DNA of 64,000 bases from Minisyncoccia bacterium (GTDB taxonomy: Bacteria; Patescibacteriota; Minisyncoccia; Phycocordibacterales; CALRBL01), in NCBI GenBank assembly GCA_038230075.1, contig JBBRNV010000001.1, positions 114,667 through 178,666 on the forward strand, written 5' to 3'. Both the position numbers and the translations under genes were made by a program. Under the pieces are notes generated by a model. That model worked only from the letters and a program-made list of their open reading frames with translations. It was not told the origin of the DNA and did not search any database. Positions 10,347 to 19,888 of the stretch are shown here, piece after piece (within the stretch, counting starts at the first letter, position 1; each line of letters begins with the position of its first letter).

Positions 10347-10709
10347 TTAACGTCGCTTGACGGTAACTGGGATAGCCAAACCGCCAGCTCGACTGTGAAG
10401 GTACACAGGGTACGGCACGAAACGTTTGATCGACGGAAGGATCGTGATTTCGTCACCTTGAAGAGTTACGACCTCTTGCAGGTTCAGATATTCTGTTACA
10501 CGAGCAGTATGTGGTCCGAACCTTCGTGTCGCTCTCCTACCCAAGCGCCGTCTGATTTCGAAGTTGAACTGACCTTCAGATATCGTTTTGTTCGTTCCCC
10601 GAGGTTTTTGCTGACGCAGCACTTCGAGACATGCTCCAAAGACGATTCGAAGATCTTTTGGCAATCCTTTGCCATTTTGGTGATCATGTGATCTGTATTT
10701 ATTATGCAA
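10347..10709 (-). CDS. hypothetical basic orphan protein, start uncertain
   Basis: longest ORF in a GC-richer patch; hairpin CGCTCGAGGAT...ATCCCCGAGCG downstream at about 10256-10303. Confidence 0.5.
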   Translation of the reverse strand: MHNKYRSHDHQNGKGLPKDLRIVFGACLEVLRQQKPRGTNKTISEGQFNFEIRRRLGRRATRRFGPHTARVTEYLNLQEVVTLQGDEITILPSIKRFVPYPVYLHSRAGGLAIPVTVKRR

Positions 10710-10762
10710 CTAACAGTACTTGACGTAAAGTGTTATGTGTGTTGTTTCGTTTTATATGTACA

Positions 10763-12253
10763 CTACGCTTCAGCAAAGATTTCAACATCCTTACTTCCCT
10801 CCTCCTCTTTTTTACTAACTCTAATAAAGAGTGCGAGTATTGCTCCAAGTACTAACAATGCCGCTGCGCATTCAAACACGATTGCATATGAGGAAATTTG
10901 AGCTTTAAGAATAATAAGTGCCACAAACTGTTTATAGTTATCGGTAGTTTTAACAACGAGCTGACTCACTTCACTAATTCGTTGCACGTTTCCTTCAATA
11001 GTGTTTGTAAGGAGTGTTGCAAATATTGCTACCCCAAAGGCTCCTGCAATATTTCTAACAAGAGCAAGCACCGACGATGCCATTCCAATTTCAGATATCG
11101 GAACTGCAGAAGCAATAGCTTGGGTTCGTTGTGCCATTCCAAGTCCAAGGAAAAAGGCCATGATACCGAGAGGGATCATGATGTCATATGCAGACGATCG
11201 AGCATCAAGAAATGAAAAGAGAAACATTCCAACTGCTGCCCCAAATGTACTTATTGCAATTACATATCGTGCTTGAATCTTTCCAATTAAACTACTGCCG
11301 AATGGAGCTGCAACGAGAAGACAAAATGCCATCGGAATAAATAGGTATCCCGCATGAGTGGCGTCGTATCCTAAAAATGTTTGTGCAAAAAGTGGAATAA
11401 GAAAGACTACTCCAATGAGGCCCATAAATGAAAGGAAATTATTAAGCAGCGTAAGTACAAATACTCGATTCTTGAAAAAGTTCAAATTAACCATTGGCTC
11501 TGGAGCTTTTATTTCTGTAAAGTAGAAATATACAGAACTAACAACCAGCACTACATATGAAATAAGACTCTTTACTGATACCCATCCCCAATCTGTTCCC
11601 TTGTCGAGCACGAGCACCATTGCAGAGAGAGCGATGCCTAGCGAAATTGCACCCGCCCAATCAAAATACATACTCTTCTTTTCAGAAACAGACTCCTTAA
11701 TGTATCGAAGTGCCATGACCAATCCAATAACTCCTATGGGAAGATTAACGAGAAAAACTGATCTCCATCCAAATGAATCAATAAGTGGTCCTCCTAAAAG
11801 CGGACCGAACACAGAAGCAGCTGCAAATGATGATGACCAAATTCCAAGTGCGCGGGCTCGTTCTTTTCCTTCACCAAAAGTAACTGCCAAAATTGCCATA
11901 GCTGTTGGATAATCGGCAGAACCAGCAATAGCTTGAATCACTCGAAACACAATCATTGATGAAAGATTCCAGGCAAAACCTGCAAGTACTGATCCAACAA
12001 TAAAGAGTGTGAATCCCCAGATATATACTTTCTTTCTCCCCCATGTGTCCCCTAACTTTCCCCAAATAGGAACAAAAATAGCATTTGCAAGAATATATGC
12101 TGTTGCAATCCAACCACCAGAAGTAACTGAGATTCCAAAATCGGAAACAATTTTAGGAAGTGCTAAATTAACAATAGTTTGATCAAGTCTTCCAAGAAAA
12201 GTTCCAACAATAACAGTAATTAAAATAAGCCACTTTGTTCGTTGTGATGGCAT
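10763..12253 (-). CDS. DHA2 (EmrB/QacA) MFS efflux permease
   Basis: LDQTIVNLALP, GKLGDTWGRKK, GPLLGG, WRSVFLVNLPIG; about 14 TM segments. Confidence 0.92.
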   Translation of the reverse strand: MPSQRTKWLILITVIVGTFLGRLDQTIVNLALPKIVSDFGISVTSGGWIATAYILANAIFVPIWGKLGDTWGRKKVYIWGFTLFIVGSVLAGFAWNLSSMIVFRVIQAIAGSADYPTAMAILAVTFGEGKERARALGIWSSSFAAASVFGPLLGGPLIDSFGWRSVFLVNLPIGVIGLVMALRYIKESVSEKKSMYFDWAGAISLGIALSAMVLVLDKGTDWGWVSVKSLISYVVLVVSSVYFYFTEIKAPEPMVNLNFFKNRVFVLTLLNNFLSFMGLIGVVFLIPLFAQTFLGYDATHAGYLFIPMAFCLLVAAPFGSSLIGKIQARYVIAISTFGAAVGMFLFSFLDARSSAYDIMIPLGIMAFFLGLGMAQRTQAIASAVPISEIGMASSVLALVRNIAGAFGVAIFATLLTNTIEGNVQRISEVSQLVVKTTDNYKQFVALIILKAQISSYAIVFECAAALLVLGAILALFIRVSKKEEEGSKDVEIFAEA

Positions 12254-12259
12254 TGTTTT

Positions 12260-12928
12260 TTACTTTTTATAAATAACAATCTTTGCTGACATTCCCTGCT
12301 TTAATTCAGGATATGCGTTTTGATCGTATCCAATTTTGATATCAAATTGCTTAACTTCTCGTTTATCAGAAATATTAAATACGACATCATTTTGATGAGT
12401 TGCTTCACTGATTGAATATACTGTTCCGTCAAATTTCTTTCCAGGAAATGCATCGACGGTAAATGATGCGTCTTGTCCAACATGAATTTGATCGAGTCCT
12501 TTATCTTCATCTAAATGCCCTACGATTCGAAGTTTTGATGGATCAATCATTTGAACCACTGTTTGAGAAGGAGCGAAAATTTCACCGATAGTATTTTGAA
12601 CACTGATAACGATTCCACCTGTTTGAGTTTTAATGAGTGCATCCCCTACCCGAGCAACTGGCTGAAACGGAAGAACAGTATCACCTTCAGATACATATAA
12701 TTCTTTCAAAACTCCAGGGTTTGCAGGCGCCAAGTTAATAACTGGCGCAGATACTTCTGACTTATCAATTGAAATTCGAGTTTGAACAACCAACACATAG
12801 TAGAGACCAACCGCGAGAGCTAGTAAACCCAAAACCACACCCCCAATTATGAGAATGTTGCTTCGAGACCCGTCTCCTGCTTCTTTTTTATGTTCTTGCT
12901 CTGTTTTATGTGTTGTTTCTTGTGCCAT
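12260..12928 (-). CDS. EmrA/HlyD-family adaptor lacking the alpha-helical hairpin
   Basis: TM anchor, lipoyl-like halves, VGQ.A.FTVDAFPG, L..GMSA beta-barrel end; directly upstream of the MFS gene. Confidence 0.85.
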   Translation of the reverse strand: MAQETTHKTEQEHKKEAGDGSRSNILIIGGVVLGLLALAVGLYYVLVVQTRISIDKSEVSAPVINLAPANPGVLKELYVSEGDTVLPFQPVARVGDALIKTQTGGIVISVQNTIGEIFAPSQTVVQMIDPSKLRIVGHLDEDKGLDQIHVGQDASFTVDAFPGKKFDGTVYSISEATHQNDVVFNISDKREVKQFDIKIGYDQNAYPELKQGMSAKIVIYKK

Positions 12929-13011
12929 ATAAGTGAATACTGTTGATGGTTGACTTGTTAACTATCATACTAAATTACTCGAAATAAGGCAAATGTATTC
13001 ATATAAATGAA

Positions 13012-13046
13012 GAGACCGAGGAGCGACAGGTGCGCGCCTCGGTCTC
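13012..13046 (-). terminator. GC-rich hairpin after orphan gene 13100-13420
   Basis: GAGACCGAGG / CCTCGGTCTC 10-bp perfect stem. Confidence 0.65.
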
Positions 13047-13099
13047 GAAAGACTGAAGAAAAAAACTGGGGGTAAAAAAGAACTGGTGGTGAGGTGATG

Positions 13100-13420
13100 C
13101 TAGGCGGCCACAAAGCCCTTGCTGGGGACGCACCTGATCTGCTTCAGCGTCTCGAGGGCAATGAGCGCCTTCTGGACCCACGAATCGCGAACCCGTCCGA
13201 AAACGGCCTTCAACGTCTCGATAATCCGAGTGCGTCCGATGGGGTGACTGAACGACTTGATGCACGCCAGGACTTTCGCCTTAATGTGCATGTGAAGCTC
13301 GTTGGGAGCAGTCTCCAGATGGGAGTGCTTCTTGGCGAGCTTACGGAGATTCGCTTCCGGCACCACATCAGTGGCGAGGTGTCCGGAGGAGTGGTTACCA
13401 ACAGAGGGCTTTGAAGCCAT
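13100..13420 (-). CDS. hypothetical basic protein, possible winged-helix fold
   Basis: GC-rich ORF with own promoter (TTGACC-16-TATCAT at about 13510-13537) and downstream hairpin. Confidence 0.65.
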   Translation of the reverse strand: MASKPSVGNHSSGHLATDVVPEANLRKLAKKHSHLETAPNELHMHIKAKVLACIKSFSHPIGRTRIIETLKAVFGRVRDSWVQKALIALETLKQIRCVPSKGFVAA

Positions 13421-13563
13421 GGATGCTTAATTTTACTAGGTGGGAACAAGAACCTTCGCGCAATGGCGCTTAAGTTCGGTGATGGAATCAAACTGACTTC
13501 CAAGGTAAAATGATACCTTACCTTTTAAAAAGGTCAAGGTGTGAATAGTATTTAATGTATATT

Positions 13564-14685
13564 TTAAGCCAAATCAATTAACACGATTTCTGATTTTGTA
13601 AATGTTCGAATTGGTGGTCCCCAGGTTCCTGCACCACTAGAAGTAATTACCTGTAAATCCCCCACTGGCTTTATGCCATAGTCATATCCTTTGAATACTT
13701 TTCTTGTGAGGTATCTAAATGGCCACACCTGACCTTGGTGAGTGTGTCCTGACATTTGAATTCCATTTCCAATTTGCTTAGACAAATCAATATTATCAGG
13801 AACATGTTTTAAATATAAAACAGGAGCTGCAAAAGGAATTTCTTCATCTTCTTTAAGAGTCACAATATCGTCTGCCAATTTTTCTATTTCTTCTGCAAAT
13901 AAATTTCGAGTTTCAGTAGTTTTATAACTTGAGCCTGCAATCACTAATCCATCAACCACAACTGCATTGTCTTCGAGTACTTTAATGCCTGCATTATCAA
14001 GCGCTTTAACATACAACTGATCATCTCCAAAACTTTCATGGTTCCCTGTGATGGCATATATACCAAATGGTGCATTAATTTTGGCGAACTCTAATGCTAA
14101 TTCGTCAACACTCACTTTCATTCCGTCGTAAAAATCGCCCCCATGAAGCACAATATCGGGCGAGAGGCCTTGAATAATACCAACAAGTTTCTTTGCAGTT
14201 CCCAACCTTCTCACTTGCCCGAAATGGGTGTCTGAGATAAAAACAACCTTTCTCCCCTTCCACTGTTCAGGAAGGTTTGGAAGCGATACTGAATACCTTG
14301 TTACCACCACTTTATTAGCGTTTAAAATGCCGTACACTGTAAGCGCAACAGGGATAATGAGAAGTAGTGCAAAAACAACTGGATCGATTGTTATAAACGA
14401 AGATACGAGGCCTAAAATAATTGAAAAACCGAATAGATAGAAAAAGAGTCCCATCCATCCTACCGATATTTTATAGAATATTCGAGAAAATGTATTATCT
14501 TTATATCGAGTCAAAACGGTTGAGATCAAGAAAATAAAACTCAAAACAAAGAATTTAACCATGCCATAAGTTGCCCATACTCCTGTAAGACCAAGCCCTT
14601 GAACGATCACTTTTCCTGTAAGCCAATGAGTGCTAAGTAAAATAACTTGTACTAACACAATAAAAAAAATGAAAAAGGTAGGCAT
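13564..14685 (-). CDS. membrane-anchored calcineurin-like metallophosphoesterase (YkuE/YaeI-like)
   Basis: SDTH, GDFYD, GNHE, HVP, SGHTH; about 4 N-terminal TM helices; TACAAT 7 nt before ATG 14685. Confidence 0.9.
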   Translation of the reverse strand: MPTFFIFFIVLVQVILLSTHWLTGKVIVQGLGLTGVWATYGMVKFFVLSFIFLISTVLTRYKDNTFSRIFYKISVGWMGLFFYLFGFSIILGLVSSFITIDPVVFALLLIIPVALTVYGILNANKVVVTRYSVSLPNLPEQWKGRKVVFISDTHFGQVRRLGTAKKLVGIIQGLSPDIVLHGGDFYDGMKVSVDELALEFAKINAPFGIYAITGNHESFGDDQLYVKALDNAGIKVLEDNAVVVDGLVIAGSSYKTTETRNLFAEEIEKLADDIVTLKEDEEIPFAAPVLYLKHVPDNIDLSKQIGNGIQMSGHTHQGQVWPFRYLTRKVFKGYDYGIKPVGDLQVITSSGAGTWGPPIRTFTKSEIVLIDLA

Positions 14686-14703
14686 TACGGCGATTGTAAC
14701 ATA

Positions 14704-14739
14704 AAACAAAAAGCCTCTCACACGAGAGGCTTTTTGTTT
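14704..14739. terminator. bidirectional intrinsic terminator
   Basis: AAACAAAAAGCCTCTC-ACAC-GAGAGGCTTTTTGTTT. Confidence 0.75.
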
Positions 14740-14757
14740 GGTTTTTTATTTCTTATA

Positions 14758-15369
14758 TTAACTATTACTTACACTTGATGTCTTATCGATACTCGCAGTA
14801 AATGAAGGAGCTTTTTGCTCTTTCTTAGTTTGTGAGTGATCCCAACATGGAGCTGATGCACTCCAAGGAGCTACACCTTGCTGATCATATAGATACTGAG
14901 CGTATTGCAAGTTTCCTTTGAGAGTATAGATATCATATCCCATACTCTTAGCGGTTTTAGCGTGATATCTTTCGTTGATCTGCATTACTCCAACATCTCT
15001 AGGGTTTACGATTCCTCGTATGATTGAGCCTGTTGTAGTGAATTGTCGAAATTCAGATTCACATCGAGCAACTTCTGCCAAAATAGGAGTATCTTCGAAA
15101 AAGTCTCGAACAAACTCTTCGACTGACTTTTTAAAGGTTATCTGACCATTTGGAAATGTTGCTGTGGTGCTTGCATTTATCACTGCAGAAGTAAAAATCG
15201 CTGTTTTTATCTTGTTCTGTTTGTCGTCGTTTGAACTAGTAAAGGCTGAAACGTTCAAGATAGGACTTGAAAGATTGTTAGCCAATATTTTAGTTGATGA
15301 ACCGTCTACTGAAACCGCATAGACCTCTGGTACGCCGCTCACAAGCGAGCTTAGCATAACAATAGCCAA
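14758..15369 (-). CDS. exported lysozyme-like / lytic transglycosylase-domain protein, true start probably further upstream
   Basis: ARCESE (catalytic Glu), GVMQIN, AQYLY..QG..PW..S..CW. Confidence 0.8.
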   Translation of the reverse strand: MAIVMLSSLVSGVPEVYAVSVDGSSTKILANNLSSPILNVSAFTSSNDDKQNKIKTAIFTSAVINASTTATFPNGQITFKKSVEEFVRDFFEDTPILAEVARCESEFRQFTTTGSIIRGIVNPRDVGVMQINERYHAKTAKSMGYDIYTLKGNLQYAQYLYDQQGVAPWSASAPCWDHSQTKKEQKAPSFTASIDKTSSVSNS

Positions 15370-15534
15370 TAGATATTTAGAAAACTTGATTCGTAAAATA
15401 AGCCTAGATTTAGCTGATAATGCACATGTCGTTACTCAATCGTGTTGTGTGCTTCATCTCGTCTTACAGAAGTTCCGGGAACCGAAGTTCGAGGAGCGAG
15501 AAATAAAAAACCAGAGCTGTTCTGGTATGTCCAG

Positions 15535-15563
15535 ATAATAGCAGTTTTCAGTCAAAAAGTCAA
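15535..15563 (-). promoter_or_regulatory. sigma70 promoter upstream of the transglycosylase gene
   Basis: TTGACT-17 nt-TATTAT on the minus strand. Confidence 0.7.
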
Positions 15564-15623
15564 TCATGAGACACGGGAAAACGACCATACGACTACGTCA
15601 AAAATGGCTCTATATATGAATAT

Positions 15624-16085
15624 TTACTTCATTCCAAGCTTTACAATTTTATCAAAGTGTGACCTAATAACTGGCATCACTGAGAGTCTCATTCCCCGCT
15701 TCGCAACGAGCATGTTTTTGAGGTCAGAATCAAACTTAATGTGGGTCAAAAGTACTGGTTTTTTGAAGGAATATTTGTATGAAATGTCTGCCCCAAACCA
15801 AATTGGCTTATCTTTCGTAGCCTTTGGGTCAAAATGTTCATCTTTCTTATCGAGACCTGTTAAGTCAGGGTGTGCAGCACCAACGACTTCAGCAACTCCA
15901 ACAATTCCTGTCTCCTCTCCCCCATTTGAATGATAGAAAAGAATAAGATCGCCGACTTTCATGTCATTAGTCATGTAATTTCGGGCTTGATAGTTTCGAA
16001 TGCCTGTCCATTGAGTAACCTTAGCCTTCTTTAAGTCGTCGATGGAATAACAAGCCCCTTCAGATTTGAGTAACCAATAGTTCAT
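15624..16085 (-). CDS. EVE domain protein
   Basis: YWLLKSE, WTGIRNYQARN, GDLILFYHS, RLSVMPV. Confidence 0.93.
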   Translation of the reverse strand: MNYWLLKSEGACYSIDDLKKAKVTQWTGIRNYQARNYMTNDMKVGDLILFYHSNGGEETGIVGVAEVVGAAHPDLTGLDKKDEHFDPKATKDKPIWFGADISYKYSFKKPVLLTHIKFDSDLKNMLVAKRGMRLSVMPVIRSHFDKIVKLGMK

Positions 16086-16247
16086 CTCGTTAGTATATCA
16101 AATACAACTCGATTTGACTGAAATCAAATAATGTTGCAATATCTGTGAAAGGTAGTTCATTTAAAAGGCTTTGGTTTAGGGATAGATTTTTGAAACCAAT
16201 ATTGGTGCTGAAAATCTGTCTCTCAACCATCAACCCGAATCGCAGTT

Positions 16248-16631
16248 ATGCAAACCACTACTCAACCCCACAAAGCCGTTGCTTCGCTCGAAGGCTTCGT
16301 TGTTTTTATGATCTTCATCACAACCTTTAGTGCCGGCATTGGCATGACAGGATTCATTCAAGCTCCCGTTCTCTTCATCGGTGTCGCCATGTTGGCCACA
16401 CTGAATCGAAAGGTTACGTTGGTTTTCCTGGTCATCGTCGCCATTGTTAGTAGCCAAGGTTGTCTTGTCTGGCTTCATCATCACTACCGAAACTCCGACT
16501 TTTTCGTGATGCATTTTGCCTCGATGATCGCAACCGTCACCGCGTGCGCATCGGGTTACAACATCGCACCCCACATCGGTTGGATCCGAAGGTTTATCGC
16601 ACACATTAAAAGCGAAGACAGGAGGGTCTGA
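16248..16631 (+). CDS. hypothetical membrane orphan protein
   Basis: hydrophobic 127-aa ORF in a GC-richer patch, followed by hairpin AAATCCTCCG...CGGAGGATTT. Confidence 0.6.
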   Translation: MQTTTQPHKAVASLEGFVVFMIFITTFSAGIGMTGFIQAPVLFIGVAMLATLNRKVTLVFLVIVAIVSSQGCLVWLHHHYRNSDFFVMHFASMIATVTACASGYNIAPHIGWIRRFIAHIKSEDRRV

Positions 16632-16707
16632 CCACCTCAAATTGTCACGAGTCAAAACAACAAAATCCTCCGCCTAGCACCCGGAGGATTTGCAGTTTTC
16701 AGTGTAG

Positions 16708-16801
16708 GAAAATAAAAATACCTTGTTTGGAACGATTCCGCAGACCCTGTTCAAATTTATGGGTCGAGGACTTAGTAACAAAACAAGGTATTTTTATTTT
16801 C
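16708..16801. repeat. intergenic palindromic element, copy A
   Basis: 21-bp perfect inverted arms around core GGAACGATTCCGCAGACCC...GGGTCGAGGACTTAGTAACA. Confidence 0.85.
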
Positions 16802-16804
16802 TAT

Positions 16805-17077
16805 CTAGACAATGTGAACGATTTTTCGAACAGTTGTTGAACCGTCAAAATTTCCTTTTCGCTTCTTTCCAAATTCAACTTTTCCGTCTTTGAGAGCAAA
16901 GAGTGTGTGATCTCGTCCTACTCCAACATTCTTTCCAGCCATGATTTTTGTTCCTCGTTGTCGCACAATAATAGAGCCCGTCTTAGCGATTTCTCCATCA
17001 TACAATTTAACACCAAGAAACTTTGGTTTTGAGTCTGTTAGGTTTTTAGCTGTTCCTCCTGCTTTTTTACTTGCCAT
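16805..17077 (-). CDS. rpmA: 50S ribosomal protein L27
   Basis: [29 protein letters not shown]. Confidence 0.97.
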   Translation of the reverse strand: MASKKAGGTAKNLTDSKPKFLGVKLYDGEIAKTGSIIVRQRGTKIMAGKNVGVGRDHTLFALKDGKVEFGKKRKGNFDGSTTVRKIVHIV

Positions 17078-17117
17078 AGTGTGAGTATAGTAATAGATTA
17101 GGCCCTTTTATGCAAGC

Positions 17118-17564
17118 TTACGCTGCGGCCTGAACTATAAGTTTAAATGTTGCTGTTTTATCTTGAACTTTGACTTCCATATCAAATTCTCCAACTTCTT
17201 TGATAGGCTTTGGCATAACAAGGTAGTCTGCCAATACATCGACATGTGTCTGTTCTTTGATCGCAGGAATAATTTCTTCTTTGTGAATACCGGCAAAAAG
17301 ATGACCTTTTTCATTGGCTGAATGAGTAACGGTAACAGTAACTCCTTCAATGCTTTTGAGGTTCTTAATAAGAAGGTCTTCGTGAATTGACCGATCTGCA
17401 TCGTGCACAGCCTTCATTTTATCGAGTCGGGCCATTGCCTTATCTGATGCCATTTCTGCTAATTTTTTAGGAAAGAGAAAGTTCAAAGCATGGCCATCTG
17501 CCACGTCTTTTACTTCAAATCGCTTGCCAACTGCTGGAACGTCTTTTAACAAAATTACTTTCAT
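17118..17564 (-). CDS. rplI: 50S ribosomal protein L9
   Basis: MKVILLKDV..VGK..EVKDVADGHALNFLFPK. Confidence 0.95.
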   Translation of the reverse strand: MKVILLKDVPAVGKRFEVKDVADGHALNFLFPKKLAEMASDKAMARLDKMKAVHDADRSIHEDLLIKNLKSIEGVTVTVTHSANEKGHLFAGIHKEEIIPAIKEQTHVDVLADYLVMPKPIKEVGEFDMEVKVQDKTATFKLIVQAAA

Positions 17565-17607
17565 AGGTTAGTTAGTATATCGATTTTTAGCCATTTGTCT
17601 ACCAATC

Positions 17608-18873
17608 TTATTTACCTGTTTTTACGAACTCAACTGCTCGGTCTAATTGTGGATCTTTAGCGTTAGTAAAGTCGTCTCGGGTCAAATCAACGTTAATATC
17701 AGGGCTTAGTCCTCCATCTGAGATAGAAACGCCATTTGGAGTCAACCATCGGGCTACAGTGACCTTGAGCATAGTGTCAGAAGTGATAGGAACAAGCTCT
17801 TGAACAGATCCTTTTCCAAATGATCGAGTTCCAATTAATTTCGCCTTTCCGTATTCACTAAGTGCACCAGCTAAGATTTCTGAAGCAGATGCTGAACCTC
17901 CGTTGATAAGAATAGCAAACTTCAAATCGTCGGTGAAAATGTCATACCCCTTACTTCGTGAATCTTTTTCATCACTTCCCTTACTTGAAACTTCTCGAAC
18001 TACCACTTTTCCATTTGGAAGGAACCATGAGGCAATATCAACTGCAGCATCTAGGTATCCTCCTGGATTTCCTCGAAGATCGAGAACAAGTTTATTTGAA
18101 TTTGAATTTACAAATTCTCGAAGTGCATTTCTAAACAAGTTTGGAGACTCTGCGGTGAAGCTATAGAGGCGAATGACGAATACTCCATCTGATCGAAGTT
18201 TGTAATCGATTGTTGGAATACTAATAGTATCTCGAACAACCTTAATCACACGTGGCTCTTTTTCATCTCCTCGAACAATACTAAAAACGACTTCTGTTCC
18301 TTTTGGACCCCGAATCAAATTAACCGCTTGATCTACTGAAAGACCTGCGGCCAGAGTGTCATTAATTTTGTATAACTTATCACCAGTTGTTAAGCCGGCT
18401 TTATCTGCAGGAGTACCAGGAAGCGCCGTCACCACAGTCAGAATGCCATCTTTAATACCCATTTCCATTCCCACCCCTTCAAAGTTGCCACTTATTTCAC
18501 TTTTGAAAATTTTTGATTCTTCAGGACTAAAGAAAACAGTGTACGGATCACCAAGAGAAGCAACCATTCCTTTAATGGCACCGAGTAATCGTTCTTTGGG
18601 TGTGTCTGATGTGAGTGGAGAACTTGTTGATGTTGATGAGGCATGATGAGTTGCTACATATTTTTTATCAATCAAAGCCCATGTTTGCCAAAAAGGAGAA
18701 AAATCAACAGTGTCTGACTGACCAACATCTTTCGAAACAACCGATGTTACGTCGAGGGCTGGATCGTGATGTGAATGTCCGATGTATACACCAACTCCGA
18801 ACGCTCCAGCGACTAAGAGAATTGCACAAAGTGGAAAAATAATTTTTGAAACGAACGAGCCAGAAGAATTCAT
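17608..18873 (-). CDS. carboxy-terminal processing protease (S41A, CtpA-like)
   Basis: LGDPYT, PDZ domain, LDLRGNPGG, SASASE, FGKG; ATG 18873 avoids overlap with corA. Confidence 0.93.
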   Translation of the reverse strand: MNSSGSFVSKIIFPLCAILLVAGAFGVGVYIGHSHHDPALDVTSVVSKDVGQSDTVDFSPFWQTWALIDKKYVATHHASSTSTSSPLTSDTPKERLLGAIKGMVASLGDPYTVFFSPEESKIFKSEISGNFEGVGMEMGIKDGILTVVTALPGTPADKAGLTTGDKLYKINDTLAAGLSVDQAVNLIRGPKGTEVVFSIVRGDEKEPRVIKVVRDTISIPTIDYKLRSDGVFVIRLYSFTAESPNLFRNALREFVNSNSNKLVLDLRGNPGGYLDAAVDIASWFLPNGKVVVREVSSKGSDEKDSRSKGYDIFTDDLKFAILINGGSASASEILAGALSEYGKAKLIGTRSFGKGSVQELVPITSDTMLKVTVARWLTPNGVSISDGGLSPDINVDLTRDDFTNAKDPQLDRAVEFVKTGK

Positions 18874-18934
18874 ATCGTTGAGTATCTCAAATTGAGATGA
18901 CGAGGTCAATCGATTGCGATATAATAGTTTGCAC

Positions 18935-19858
18935 ATGGTTAAAAAACATCAGTACAAAGATTTGGTTTGGTATGATCTTGAAAAACCAACACATGACGAA
19001 GTTCGAGAACTGATGGAAGCTTTTAATATTGATCCTCTCGCTGCAGAAGAGTTGCTCACAAAAACTGTGAAGCCAAAAGTAGACATGACTGAAGATCATA
19101 TTTATATGGTGCTTCACTTCCCCATGATTCATCAAAACATGCATCGTGGCCTACAATCTGAAATAAGCCAAGAAATAGACTTTATTATTGGTGAAAAATT
19201 TCTTATCACTGCCCACTATGACCACATCGATGCCCTCGATAATTTCTCTCATATATTTGAAACAGAAGGAAGATTAGCAAAACATCGATTTGGAAATCAC
19301 GCTGGATATATCTTCTTTTATATTTTACGCGACCTCTATCGATCAATGGTGCATGAACTTGAATCAATTCGTGAATCACTTCGAAGTATTGAAAATAAAA
19401 TTTTTCATGATGAAGAAAAAAAGATGGTGTACAGTTTGTCACGAATCAATCGAGATCTTTTAACTTTCAAAGAAGCGACCAATCTACACAAAAGTGTTTT
19501 GGAATCATTTGAAATTGCCTCAAAGAAATTATTTGGCGACGATTTCGCTCCTCAAATGCAAAGTATTATGAATGAATACTATCGAAATCATGCAGCAATT
19601 CAAGAAAGTAAAGAATTTCTAGACGAACTTCGAAAAACAAATGACTCACTTCTCGCAGCAAGACAGAACGAAACAATCAAAATCTCAAATATTTTAGCAA
19701 CCATTTTCCTTCCCCCCTCTTTTATTTTGTGGCTTTTTTCAATTCGATCACCTATCCCCTTCCTTGAGCATGAATATTCATTCTGGATTGTAGCCGCATG
19801 TCTTTTTGTCTTAGGGTGTTGTATCTTTGTATTCTACAAATTCAAACGCTGGCTTTAA
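18935..19858 (+). CDS. CorA-family divalent cation transporter with degenerate signature
   Basis: soluble domain plus two C-terminal TM helices (ATIFLP); the GMN position reads SIR; TATAAT 9 nt before ATG 18935. Confidence 0.8.
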   Translation: MVKKHQYKDLVWYDLEKPTHDEVRELMEAFNIDPLAAEELLTKTVKPKVDMTEDHIYMVLHFPMIHQNMHRGLQSEISQEIDFIIGEKFLITAHYDHIDALDNFSHIFETEGRLAKHRFGNHAGYIFFYILRDLYRSMVHELESIRESLRSIENKIFHDEEKKMVYSLSRINRDLLTFKEATNLHKSVLESFEIASKKLFGDDFAPQMQSIMNEYYRNHAAIQESKEFLDELRKTNDSLLAARQNETIKISNILATIFLPPSFILWLFSIRSPIPFLEHEYSFWIVAACLFVLGCCIFVFYKFKRWL

Positions 19859-19888
19859 TACTAAATAAGAGAATAATAGAGACATCAT

